Made by a program: the position numbers and the translations under genes
Source of the DNA: Minisyncoccota bacterium
GTDB taxonomy: Bacteria; Patescibacteriota; Minisyncoccia; Phycocordibacterales; JAACPR01
Direction: 5' to 3'
Assembly (NCBI GenBank): GCA_035327525.1
Contig: DAOLDC010000002.1
Location: forward strand, 1 to 45,487
DNA length: 45,487 bases
The notes under the pieces: model-generated
What the model saw: the letters and a program-made list of their open reading frames with translations, nothing else
Database searches by the model: none
Told to the model about the DNA's origin: nothing
Shown here: positions 8,398 to 16,484 of the stretch, in pieces
Layout: every line of letters begins with the position of its first letter
Position numbering within the stretch: the first letter of the stretch is position 1

Positions 8398-9321
8398 ATG
8401 TCGAACAGGCACATTTCCAGATCAATCGTATTACAAACTCTTTTTGAAAAAGATTTCAGAGATGATTCGTTCGACTTAGAGAAAACTATTATTTTTAACG
8501 CAACAGAATTTGCTTCTGGTTCTGGTGATTATCCATTCATAAGAAAATTGGTAGATATTGTAATTAGTAAACAAGCAGAAATTGACAAAATTATTGTAAA
8601 GGCTGCACCAGACTGGCCATTAGAAAAAATTTCTGCAGTTGATAGAAATATTCTCCGAATTGGATTGGCAGAACTATTATTTTCTGATCGATCCGAGGTC
8701 CCATCAAAAGTAGCCATCAATGAGGCAATAGAATTAGCAAAAACTTTTGGTGGAGAGTCTTCGGGAAAATTTGTTAACGGAGTTCTGGGTGCTGTTTACA
8801 AGGAGCTTGGTGAGCCGGGCAAGGAGGAAGTTGGCACAACAAAAAGAAAAAAAAACATTCCATTTGATGAGATGAAAATCGAAAAAAAAGCCGGTGCGGT
8901 TGTGTATTCTGTGCATAACAATGAAATATATCTGGCATTTGTTCATGATGTTTTTGGACGCTGGACATTATCAAAAGGTGGTATTGTCAATGATGAGTCA
9001 GTAGAAGCTGGCGCGGTTCGTGAAATAAAAAATGAAATGGATCTTGATATAGAAATAATAGAAAAAATCGGGGAAAACGAATATGTTGCCAACCATCCCG
9101 AAAAAGGCCAGCACAGAAAACAAGTTACATATTTTCTGGCAAAATCTCCATATGGCCAATTGAAGCTTGGTGATTCTGGCGGATTGGATGATGCTAGATG
9201 GTTCAAATTGTCTGAAATTCTTGACCTAAATTTTTATGATGATATTCTGCCTCTTATTGCCTTGGCAATAAAGAGAATTCCTGAAATAAGTCAAGTTTCT
9301 GTAGATATCACAAAAGCCTGA
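8398..9321 (+). CDS. nusB: NusB antitermination factor fused to a C-terminal Nudix hydrolase domain
   Basis: The N-terminal ~140 aa is NusB-like ([10 protein letters not shown]; [16 protein letters not shown]; [26 protein letters not shown]). The C-terminal ~150 aa carries a Nudix box-like segment, [23 protein letters not shown]. Confidence 0.85.
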   Translation: MSNRHISRSIVLQTLFEKDFRDDSFDLEKTIIFNATEFASGSGDYPFIRKLVDIVISKQAEIDKIIVKAAPDWPLEKISAVDRNILRIGLAELLFSDRSEVPSKVAINEAIELAKTFGGESSGKFVNGVLGAVYKELGEPGKEEVGTTKRKKNIPFDEMKIEKKAGAVVYSVHNNEIYLAFVHDVFGRWTLSKGGIVNDESVEAGAVREIKNEMDLDIEIIEKIGENEYVANHPEKGQHRKQVTYFLAKSPYGQLKLGDSGGLDDARWFKLSEILDLNFYDDILPLIALAIKRIPEISQVSVDITKA

Positions 9322-9378
9322 TTTATATATGAGTTTTTTCAATAATAGAATGTTTCTTACTCAATAAATATTTAGAAT

Positions 9379-10077
9379 ATGGATTATACAAAATTAGAAG
9401 AAAAAATCGGTGTTAAGTTCAAGGATCAGGTTTTGATCAAGCAAGCTTTTACACACAGATCGTATCTGAACGAAAATAGAAATAGTGGATTACAACATAA
9501 CGAAAGATTGGAATTTTTGGGTGATGCTGTTATGGAATTGGCTACAACAGATTATTTATACAAACATTTTCCAGAAAAAACAGAAGGTGATCTGACTTCA
9601 CTAAGAGCATCATTGGTCAATACACAGACAATTTCTGATGTTGCTTTCGAATTGGGTTTTAATGAATATTTGCTATTGTCAAAAGGTGAAACAAAAGATA
9701 CCGGTAGAGCCAGACAATACATATTGGCAAATACATTTGAAGCAGTTATTGGGGCGATTTTTCTAGATCAGGGATATGAAGTAGCAAAATATTTTATTTA
9801 TCAATTTTTGATTCAAAAATTAGAAAAAATAATCGAAAACGGCTCGTGGATAGATGCAAAAAGCAAATTACAGGAAATCGTTCAAGAAAAAAATTCACTA
9901 ACACCAACATACAAAACCATAAAAGAAGACGGTCCAGATCATGACAAGCGATTTACTGTTGCATTATTCTATGGCGAAAAAAATATTGCTGAAGGTTCAG
10001 GAAAATCAAAACAAGAAGCAGAACAAGATGTCGCCAAAAAAGTCCTGTTGGAAATGGCGGTAAAAAATAAGAAATAA
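9379..10077 (+). CDS. rnc: Ribonuclease III
   Basis: The RNase III signature ERLEFLGDAV is followed by a C-terminal dsRBD (GPDHDKRF...GSGKSKQEAEQ). Confidence 0.95.
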   Translation: MDYTKLEEKIGVKFKDQVLIKQAFTHRSYLNENRNSGLQHNERLEFLGDAVMELATTDYLYKHFPEKTEGDLTSLRASLVNTQTISDVAFELGFNEYLLLSKGETKDTGRARQYILANTFEAVIGAIFLDQGYEVAKYFIYQFLIQKLEKIIENGSWIDAKSKLQEIVQEKNSLTPTYKTIKEDGPDHDKRFTVALFYGEKNIAEGSGKSKQEAEQDVAKKVLLEMAVKNKK

Positions 10078-10086
10078 TTGTTTTTG

Positions 10087-10095
10087 TGATATAAT
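10087..10095 (+). promoter_or_regulatory. Extended -10 box TGATATAAT 8 nt upstream of the smc ATG
   Basis: Read directly: TGATATAAT, then TTTCATCA, then the ATG at 10104. No SD sequence is present. Confidence 0.45.
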
Positions 10096-10103
10096 TTTCA
10101 TCA

Positions 10104-12350
10104 ATGCATCTAAAAGAATTAGAAATATCAGGATTCAAGTCGTTCGCTAAAAAATCAAGCCTAAAATTTAATGCGCCAATATCGGCGATAGTTGGACCAA
10201 ATGGATCAGGAAAATCAAACATTGCCGAAGCATTTCGATTTGTATTGGGTGAACAATCAATAAAATCCATGAGAGGAAAAAGGGGTGAAGATCTGATTTT
10301 TAATGGAACCCAGTCCATTGCAAAACAACATCGTGCAGTTGTGCGTGTTGTTTTTGATAATTCATCAAAAAAACTGCCGATTGATTTTGATGACGTGATA
10401 TTGGAAAGAGTTGTAAATAGAGATGGTTCAAATCAATATTTGATAAATGGTTCAGAAGTCAGACTGAGAGATGTTATCGAACTATTGGCGTCTGCAAATA
10501 TTGGATCAAGTGGACATCACATTATTTCACAAGGTGAAGCTGATAGAATCCTCAATGCCAATCCAAAAGAAAGAAAACAAATTCTAGAAGACGCCCTGGG
10601 TCTAAAAATTTTTCAATACAAAAAAAATGAAAGCGAAAAAAAGCTAGTAAAAACAAAGGAGAATATTGATCAAGTTCAATCATTACGACGAGAAATTGCT
10701 CCACATATAAAATTTCTTAAAAAACAAATTGAAAAAATAGAAGAAGGACGAAAACTCAAGTTAGATTTGATGGTTTTTTATAAAGAATATCTAAAAATCG
10801 AATCAGAATATTTAAATAAAAAAAGAGTTGAATTGTCTGGAAATATTGATTTACCAAAAAAGCGTCTTGCTGAAATAGAAAAAGAAATCAAAGAAAAAGA
10901 GGCAGAATCACAAATTTCTGGTGAAAGTGAATATCTAGGTGAAATAAAAAAGACAGAGCAAGAAATTTTTAATCTGACAAAAGAAAAAGAAGAATTGATC
11001 AAGGAGTTGGGTAGAATTGAGGGGCAAATTTCATCTCTTATTAGACTCAAGGAAAAAGAAAACATCAAGGAATCTCTCATTTCGATAAAAACTGAGGATT
11101 ATTCACAACTGAACAGTGTACTTGATAAATTTTCTGAAAAATCCGATTCAGCATCTGATACTTCGGATCTAAGGAGTATTATAAAAGAAATTGTAAGTAC
11201 AATAAAAAACTTTTTTGATAGCAAAACTGAAAAAAATGAATCGTTGGACGACTTGATTCGTGAAATAGAAAAAAACAAGACCAGAAATGGTGAATTAAAT
11301 AATAAAATTAATGCAATAAAAAATATTGAATCCGAGCTAGTTGCAAAAATAGCTGAACTTAGAAAGAAAATGGACGAGAGCAAATCCAGCTCACTGGAGG
11401 CCGAAAAACAAATCGTGTTATTGATGTCCGAAAAAAACAGAATTCAGCAGGAAATTTCCAGACATGCAATTTCTGAGGACGCCCTGCAACGGGACGAATC
11501 ACTCTTCAAACAAGAATTGACGGAAGCAGCGGTTCTAGTTGGTCGGGAAGTTTTGGATTACGAAAAAAGTGTTGTTGATGGTTTAATTTTGAATGAAAGC
11601 AGAGAAAAGCAAATCGATCGTCGAAAAAAATTAGAAAGATTGAAGATTCGCGTCGAAGAGTTGGGCATCGGTGGAGGTGATGAGGTCATAAGAGAATACA
11701 ATGAGGTTTCCGAAAGGGATCAGTTTTTGATTAGAGAAGTATCTGATTTGGAAAAAACATCAGAGTCGCTAAATCAGTTGATTGTTGATCTGTCAGAAAA
11801 AATAGAAACAAAATTTCACGAAGGTGTTTCAAAAATCAATAAAGAATTTCAAAATTTTTTCACACTAATGTTTGGAGGAGGATCAGCATCCATCAATATA
11901 ATAAAAACAGAAATTAAGCGAAAAAAAGATACTGATATTTCATTTGATATCGATGATATTGACAATGTTGATGATTCTGATGAAAAAAATCTATCTGAAG
12001 AGGGAATCGATGTAAAAGTAAACTTACCTAGGAAAAAAATCAGCGGTTTGATGATGTTGTCTGGTGGCGAAAGAGCATTGACATCAATTGCTCTATTGTT
12101 TGCAATTTCTCAAGTGAATCCACCACCATTTATTATTCTAGACGAAACAGATGCGGCACTTGATGAGGCAAACAGTAGAAAATACGGCGACATGATCGAA
12201 AATTTATCAAAGAATTCTCAATTGATTCTGATTACTCACAATCGCGAAACCATGGGAAGAGCCGGAATATTGTATGGCGTTACAATGAATGGTGGAGCAT
12301 CACAATTGCTATCGGTTGCTTTTGACGAAGGCGCTCAGTGGGCAAAATAA
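10104..12350 (+). CDS. smc: SMC-family chromosome segregation ATPase, short form with no evident hinge domain
   Basis: The N-terminal head carries Walker A (GPNGSGKSN). The C-terminal head has the signature LSGGERALTSIALLFA and Walker B (FIILDETDAALD). Only about 350 aa of Lys/Glu-rich coiled coil lies between the heads. Confidence 0.85.
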   Translation: MHLKELEISGFKSFAKKSSLKFNAPISAIVGPNGSGKSNIAEAFRFVLGEQSIKSMRGKRGEDLIFNGTQSIAKQHRAVVRVVFDNSSKKLPIDFDDVILERVVNRDGSNQYLINGSEVRLRDVIELLASANIGSSGHHIISQGEADRILNANPKERKQILEDALGLKIFQYKKNESEKKLVKTKENIDQVQSLRREIAPHIKFLKKQIEKIEEGRKLKLDLMVFYKEYLKIESEYLNKKRVELSGNIDLPKKRLAEIEKEIKEKEAESQISGESEYLGEIKKTEQEIFNLTKEKEELIKELGRIEGQISSLIRLKEKENIKESLISIKTEDYSQLNSVLDKFSEKSDSASDTSDLRSIIKEIVSTIKNFFDSKTEKNESLDDLIREIEKNKTRNGELNNKINAIKNIESELVAKIAELRKKMDESKSSSLEAEKQIVLLMSEKNRIQQEISRHAISEDALQRDESLFKQELTEAAVLVGREVLDYEKSVVDGLILNESREKQIDRRKKLERLKIRVEELGIGGGDEVIREYNEVSERDQFLIREVSDLEKTSESLNQLIVDLSEKIETKFHEGVSKINKEFQNFFTLMFGGGSASINIIKTEIKRKKDTDISFDIDDIDNVDDSDEKNLSEEGIDVKVNLPRKKISGLMMLSGGERALTSIALLFAISQVNPPPFIILDETDAALDEANSRKYGDMIENLSKNSQLILITHNRETMGRAGILYGVTMNGGASQLLSVAFDEGAQWAK

Positions 12351-12398
12351 AATTGCAAACAAAATAAAAAGCCAGCAATAATAATATAGTCTGCAAAA

Positions 12399-12428
12399 GA
12401 AAAGCGCGTTTGCCGACGCGCTTTTTTG
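12399..12428. terminator. Bidirectional intrinsic terminator between convergent smc and the 94-aa ORF
   Basis: AAAAGCGCGT (12400-12409) pairs with ACGCGCTTTT (12416-12425) around the loop TTGCCG. An A-tract lies upstream and a T-tract downstream, so it works on both strands. Confidence 0.75.
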
Positions 12429-12441
12429 TATCATTGACTGG

Positions 12442-12726
12442 TTATCCGTACACATGGCGACCAAACTCTTTTGAAAAATGAATTCCTTTCTTTGGCTTTT
12501 CTTTTTCCTTTTTTGCCAAGTTATTGTTGCTGTGGAAAACTCTTCCACGGTTGGGATCGATTGCAATTTTTCCATTGTGCAAAAAATGCAACAGGCCACA
12601 CTCATTGCACGGTGATGCAGGCAGAGTAATTCTCCTTTTTAATACCGGAATGATTATTTCGGTATTGATTTTTCCATAACACCGAACACTGTTTTTGTCG
12701 CGATTGCGACATTTCATTTTTTTCAA
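12442..12726 (-). CDS. Small basic protein with four Cys (putative zinc ribbon), function unknown
   Basis: AAGGAG (12738..12734) lies 7 nt upstream of a TTG start at 12726. The Cys pattern is C-x9-C ... C-x2-C, with a Lys-rich C-terminal part. The gene sits between rnr and the bidirectional terminator. Confidence 0.6.
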   Translation of the reverse strand: MKKMKCRNRDKNSVRCYGKINTEIIIPVLKRRITLPASPCNECGLLHFLHNGKIAIDPNRGRVFHSNNNLAKKEKEKPKKGIHFSKEFGRHVYG

Positions 12727-12797
12727 TTCGATTCTCCTTTTTTGTACTGTTTGCTTTTTATATTAATTTTTATAAAAAATTTGTCAACAAAAATATA

Positions 12798-14741
12798 TTA
12801 TAGTTGTTTTACAATACTCATGTTTATATTGTTTCTTTCCAGGTCAATTGCCTCGATTTTTACTATAACATTGTCACTCAATTTGAATATTTTTCCAGTT
12901 CGTTCACCAACTATTTGATATTTTTTCTCGTCTAATTTGAAGTAATCCTGACCTAATTTTGAAATATGAACCATACCTTCTGTCAAAGTTTCTTTTAGCT
13001 GTACATATAATCCCCACGGTGAAACGCCTGATATTATTCCTTCAAATTCTTGACCAATATGATTCTGCATATATTCGGCCTGTTTGTACTTGATAGACTC
13101 TCTTTCTGCTTCCGCAGCAGATATTTCTCTTTCTGTTGATAATATTGCTCCGCGCTCCAATCTGATTATGTCTGTTTTTTCTATTTTTTTATTTTCCAGA
13201 AACGTTGCCAAAATTCTATGAACCAAAAGATCAGGATATCTTCTGATTGGAGATGTGAAGTGTGTGTAGTATTCAAACGCAAGTCCGAAATGACCGGAAT
13301 TTTCGTTTGCATAAATCGCCTTGCTCATTGTTTTTATTGCGATTGATTTTATTAGCGCCTCCTCGTCTCTACCTGCAATTTTTGAAAACAAATCATTCAA
13401 ATCTTTTGCTCGAATTTCACCATCCTTATCGAGAGGTAATTGGTACCCTAATATTTTTAGAAAACTAGCCAAATCAGCAACCTTGTCTTTGTTTGGGACA
13501 CCGTGAACTCTGTATATCAATGTGTTTTGCTCTCCACCAAACCTTTTACCTATATCGTGAATATATTTTGCCACTTCGCGATTTGATAATAGCATCATGT
13601 TTTCTACAAGTTTGTGAGTTTCCAGAGGTGCTTTTTTTACAATTCGTAATGGCTTACCATTTGGATCTAGTTCAAATTTTATTTCCTCTTTCTCAAATTC
13701 TATTGCACCGCTTTCCTTGTTTCTCTTGTTCAAAATTTTTGCCAATTTATTGATCTCGTTTAGTTCGTTATAAAAAATTCCATTACCAGCATCTAGAATT
13801 GCCTGAGCTTCTTCATAAGTAAATCTTTTTTTGGAATTTATTACTGTACGACCAAACCATCTTTTTTCTACAACCGCATCTTTTGTAATTTCAAAAATAG
13901 AACTGAATGCTAATTTGTCCTCGTTTGGGTTCAAACTACATAGATCATTTGATAAAATTTCCGGCAACATTGGAACAGTTCTGTCGACCATATAGACAGA
14001 AGATCCTCGCTGAAATGCCTCTTCGTCCAACGCCGTTCCAGGAGTAACATAATGCGAAACATCAGCAATGTGAACACCGACTTCAAAATTACCGTTTGGT
14101 AATTTTTTTATATGTAATGCATCATCAAAATCCTTTGCATCAATCGGATCGATTGTCATTACACTTTCATTTCTAATATCGCGACGTTTTTTGATTTCGG
14201 ATTCTGGAATTGGAAACCATTGCTGTTTTAGCTTGACGGCTTCATCTTCAATTTCTTTTTTGAAACGAGAATCAAATCCCTTTTCAAAAATAATAGATTG
14301 GATTTCAACTTCGTGTTGTCCTTTTTGTCCAAAAACTTTTAACAATTCAACAATAGGGTTTGGCGCGTCTTCTTTCCAGTCAATAAATTTGACCAGCACT
14401 TTGTCATTATTTTTTACCTTATTAATGTCTTTTTCGCTTAACAAAAAATTCGTATAAATTTTGTGATTATCTGGTTTTACAAAACAAGCGCTTTCTTCCT
14501 TAAAAATAGTTCCAACAAATTGTTCTCGCGCCCGTCTTAATACCACAACTACTTCTCCTGTAATTCTGTCATCTTTTTTTTCTGCCAAAATTTGAACTCG
14601 CACAGTGTCGCCGTTTAGTGCGTGGTTCAAATTGTTGTTCTCTATTAAAATATCCTGATCGTCATTAGGATTATCCACATAACCAATACCTTTGCCGGTA
14701 GTTGTTATCTTGCCCTCAATTATTGATTGTTTTTCTGTCAT
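12798..14741 (-). CDS. rnr: Ribonuclease R (RNB family 3'-5' exoribonuclease with C-terminal S1 domain)
   Basis: N-terminal cold-shock/OB-like regions are followed by RNB motifs (TIDPIDAKDFDDALH; HFTSPIRRYPDL) and a C-terminal S1-like segment (GIISGVSPWGLYVQL). Confidence 0.93.
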   Translation of the reverse strand: MTEKQSIIEGKITTTGKGIGYVDNPNDDQDILIENNNLNHALNGDTVRVQILAEKKDDRITGEVVVVLRRAREQFVGTIFKEESACFVKPDNHKIYTNFLLSEKDINKVKNNDKVLVKFIDWKEDAPNPIVELLKVFGQKGQHEVEIQSIIFEKGFDSRFKKEIEDEAVKLKQQWFPIPESEIKKRRDIRNESVMTIDPIDAKDFDDALHIKKLPNGNFEVGVHIADVSHYVTPGTALDEEAFQRGSSVYMVDRTVPMLPEILSNDLCSLNPNEDKLAFSSIFEITKDAVVEKRWFGRTVINSKKRFTYEEAQAILDAGNGIFYNELNEINKLAKILNKRNKESGAIEFEKEEIKFELDPNGKPLRIVKKAPLETHKLVENMMLLSNREVAKYIHDIGKRFGGEQNTLIYRVHGVPNKDKVADLASFLKILGYQLPLDKDGEIRAKDLNDLFSKIAGRDEEALIKSIAIKTMSKAIYANENSGHFGLAFEYYTHFTSPIRRYPDLLVHRILATFLENKKIEKTDIIRLERGAILSTEREISAAEAERESIKYKQAEYMQNHIGQEFEGIISGVSPWGLYVQLKETLTEGMVHISKLGQDYFKLDEKKYQIVGERTGKIFKLSDNVIVKIEAIDLERNNINMSIVKQL

Positions 14742-14764
14742 CCTAGAACTCTAACAGATTTATG

Positions 14765-14793
14765 TTGACTATACAAAATAGAATTGCTAATAT
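14765..14793 (+). promoter_or_regulatory. Putative rpsP promoter (-35 TTGACT, 17 nt, -10 TAATAT)
   Basis: Hexamers were read directly. The -10 box ends 7 nt before the ATG at 14801, and there is no SD sequence. Confidence 0.5.
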
Positions 14794-14800
14794 AACCGCC

Positions 14801-15193
14801 ATGTTAATAATAAGATTACAAAGAGTAGGAAAGAAAAACGAACCAACATTTCGTATTGTTTTGACTGATTCCAAAAACAGCACAAAGAGCGGTAAGTTCC
14901 TGGAAGTTCTTGGAGCATATGATGCAAGAGACAAAAACGAAACAAAAATCGATGTTGATAGAGCAAAACATTGGATATCAAAAGGTGCAAAATTATCAGA
15001 CACTATTCATAATTTGTTCATAAACAAAAAAATAATTACTGGCAAAAAAATAAACGTTTTACCAAAAAAGAGTCCTATCAAAAAAGAAGCAGCAGAAGGA
15101 GAAGCAAAAACCGAAGAAGCAAAACCAGCTGAGGCAAAATCCGCAGAAGCTCCAAAATCAGAGGAAAAAAAGTCTGAAGAAGCAAAGGCTTAG
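14801..15193 (+). CDS. rpsP: 30S ribosomal protein S16 with Lys/Glu/Ala-rich C-terminal extension
   Basis: MLIIRLQRVGKKNEPTFRIV... aligns to the S16 N-terminus, which is why I prefer the internal ATG at 14801 over the track start at 14762. The C-terminal tail is low complexity. Confidence 0.9.
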   Translation: MLIIRLQRVGKKNEPTFRIVLTDSKNSTKSGKFLEVLGAYDARDKNETKIDVDRAKHWISKGAKLSDTIHNLFINKKIITGKKINVLPKKSPIKKEAAEGEAKTEEAKPAEAKSAEAPKSEEKKSEEAKA

Positions 15194-15212
15194 TTTTGCA
15201 TAGTTTCTAATT

Positions 15213-15240
15213 TTGCAATAATTTGCATTTGTAATATAAT
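15213..15240 (+). promoter_or_regulatory. Putative promoter (-35 TTGCAA, 16 nt, -10 TATAAT) upstream of the KH-domain gene
   Basis: Hexamers were read directly in the rpsP-KH intergenic region. Confidence 0.45.
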
Positions 15241-15297
15241 TATTTCTAGCAGTTTACCAAACAAGGTACTGCCATTATTGGCTTAAAAGAAAGAAAA

Positions 15298-15606
15298 ATG
15301 TCAGAAAAAGAACTTGATTATCAATTTTTGGAATATGTTATAAAAACATTAGTTGATAATCCAAACGATGTAAAGATAGAAAGAACGGTTGATGAAATGG
15401 GAGTATTACTAACTTTGACTGTAAATTCCGCTGATATGGGAAAAGTCATTGGTCGTGAAGGAAACACCGCAAAAGCAGTTAGAACACTTTTGAGAGTTGT
15501 TGGAATGAAGAACAATGCTCGTGTAAACCTAAAGATCAATGAGCCAGAAGGTGGAAAAAGATCAGCTTCATCTGTTGATGAGGTTATTGATGAATTAAAA
15601 ATTTAA
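15298..15606 (+). CDS. KH-domain RNA-binding protein (KhpA/YlqC-like)
   Basis: The KH GxxG loop context reads VIGREGNTAKAVRTLL. The position between rpsP and trmD matches the conserved rpsP-ylqC-(rimM)-trmD neighbourhood. Confidence 0.85.
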   Translation: MSEKELDYQFLEYVIKTLVDNPNDVKIERTVDEMGVLLTLTVNSADMGKVIGREGNTAKAVRTLLRVVGMKNNARVNLKINEPEGGKRSASSVDEVIDELKI

Positions 15607-15629
15607 TTTTTTTAAAAAAAACAAAAGGG

Positions 15630-15658
15630 CGAGACACGCAAAGTGACCTCGTTTTTTT
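15630..15658 (+). terminator. Possible weak intrinsic terminator after the KH gene
   Basis: An imperfect hairpin (CGAG-a-CAC, loop GCAAA, GTG-ac-CTCG) is followed by T7, with an A-tract upstream. Confidence 0.4.
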
Positions 15659-15695
15659 GTTGTGTATCACTAATAAATAAGTTAATCTTGTAAAT

Positions 15696-16343
15696 ATGAA
15701 TTTCCATATAATTACACTTTTTCCGGAATCAATGTCATCTTATATAAAAGAATCTATTATCGGTCGTGCGATTGTTGATAAAAAAATAAAAATAAAATTT
15801 TATAATCCTCGAGATTTTACATCTGACAAACGCCGCCGAATAGACCAAAAGCCGTATGGTGGAGGACCTGGAATGGTAATACAAGCAGAGCCGGTGGTAA
15901 AAGCAATTAAAAAAGCAATATCACACAGCAAAAAATCAAAAATATTTTTTTTGACACCAAGCGGAAAACAATTCGATACAAGTATTGCAAAAAAAATTGC
16001 CAAAAATTCAAACAAAACAAATAATTTGGTAATAATTTGCGGTCGCTATGAAGGAATTGATGAACGCGTAAACAAAATTTACAAGACAGAAAAAATTTCG
16101 GTTGGACCATTTGTTTTGACTGGCGGAGAATTACCAGCACTAATTTTGATTGATTGTATTTCACGTCAAATAGAGGGTGTGCTAGGAAACAATTTATCCC
16201 CAGAAGAAAATAGAATTTCTTCTGGCCACGTTTTTACACGTCCCGAGATTCTGAAGTACAAGGGTAAAAATTACAAAGTTCCATCAGTTCTGTTGAGTGG
16301 AAATCACAAAAAAATAGATGATTGGCGAGCAAAAACAAAATAA
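15696..16343 (+). CDS. trmD: tRNA (guanine37-N1)-methyltransferase
   Basis: Motifs FHIITLFPE, PYGGGPGMV, CGRYEGIDERV and LTGGELPA. Confidence 0.95.
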   Translation: MNFHIITLFPESMSSYIKESIIGRAIVDKKIKIKFYNPRDFTSDKRRRIDQKPYGGGPGMVIQAEPVVKAIKKAISHSKKSKIFFLTPSGKQFDTSIAKKIAKNSNKTNNLVIICGRYEGIDERVNKIYKTEKISVGPFVLTGGELPALILIDCISRQIEGVLGNNLSPEENRISSGHVFTRPEILKYKGKNYKVPSVLLSGNHKKIDDWRAKTK

Positions 16344-16484
16344 AAAGCATATGAATTTCGGTATTCAAAATATCATCAAATTAGCTTTTTTAGTTAATTA
16401 TCCACATTTCAGTAAAAAACAATAGACCACAAGCATAATATGGTTTATAATATATTCTGAACATTATTTATTTTTAATAACATT

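Noticed and set aside
8843-8851. An A9 run at the NusB-Nudix linker could be a programmed transcriptional-slippage or frameshift site. Both alternative frames stop within 4-7 codons, which would give a NusB-only product.
   Set aside because: Runs of similar length occur inside other essential genes here, for example A9 at 26150-26158 in dnaG. Alternative frames terminate quickly everywhere in this AT-rich DNA, so nothing specific supports recoding.
12309-12605. A 98-aa minus-strand ORF overlapping the 94-aa ORF in another frame.
   Set aside because: It reads through the bidirectional terminator and into the smc 3' end, and it has no SD. The 12442-12726 frame has an AAGGAG SD, a Cys4 pattern and ends before the terminator.
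14762-14800. An upstream start for rpsP at 14762.
   Set aside because: The S16 homology begins exactly at MLIIRLQRVG (ATG 14801). The upstream codons overlap the promoter hexamers.
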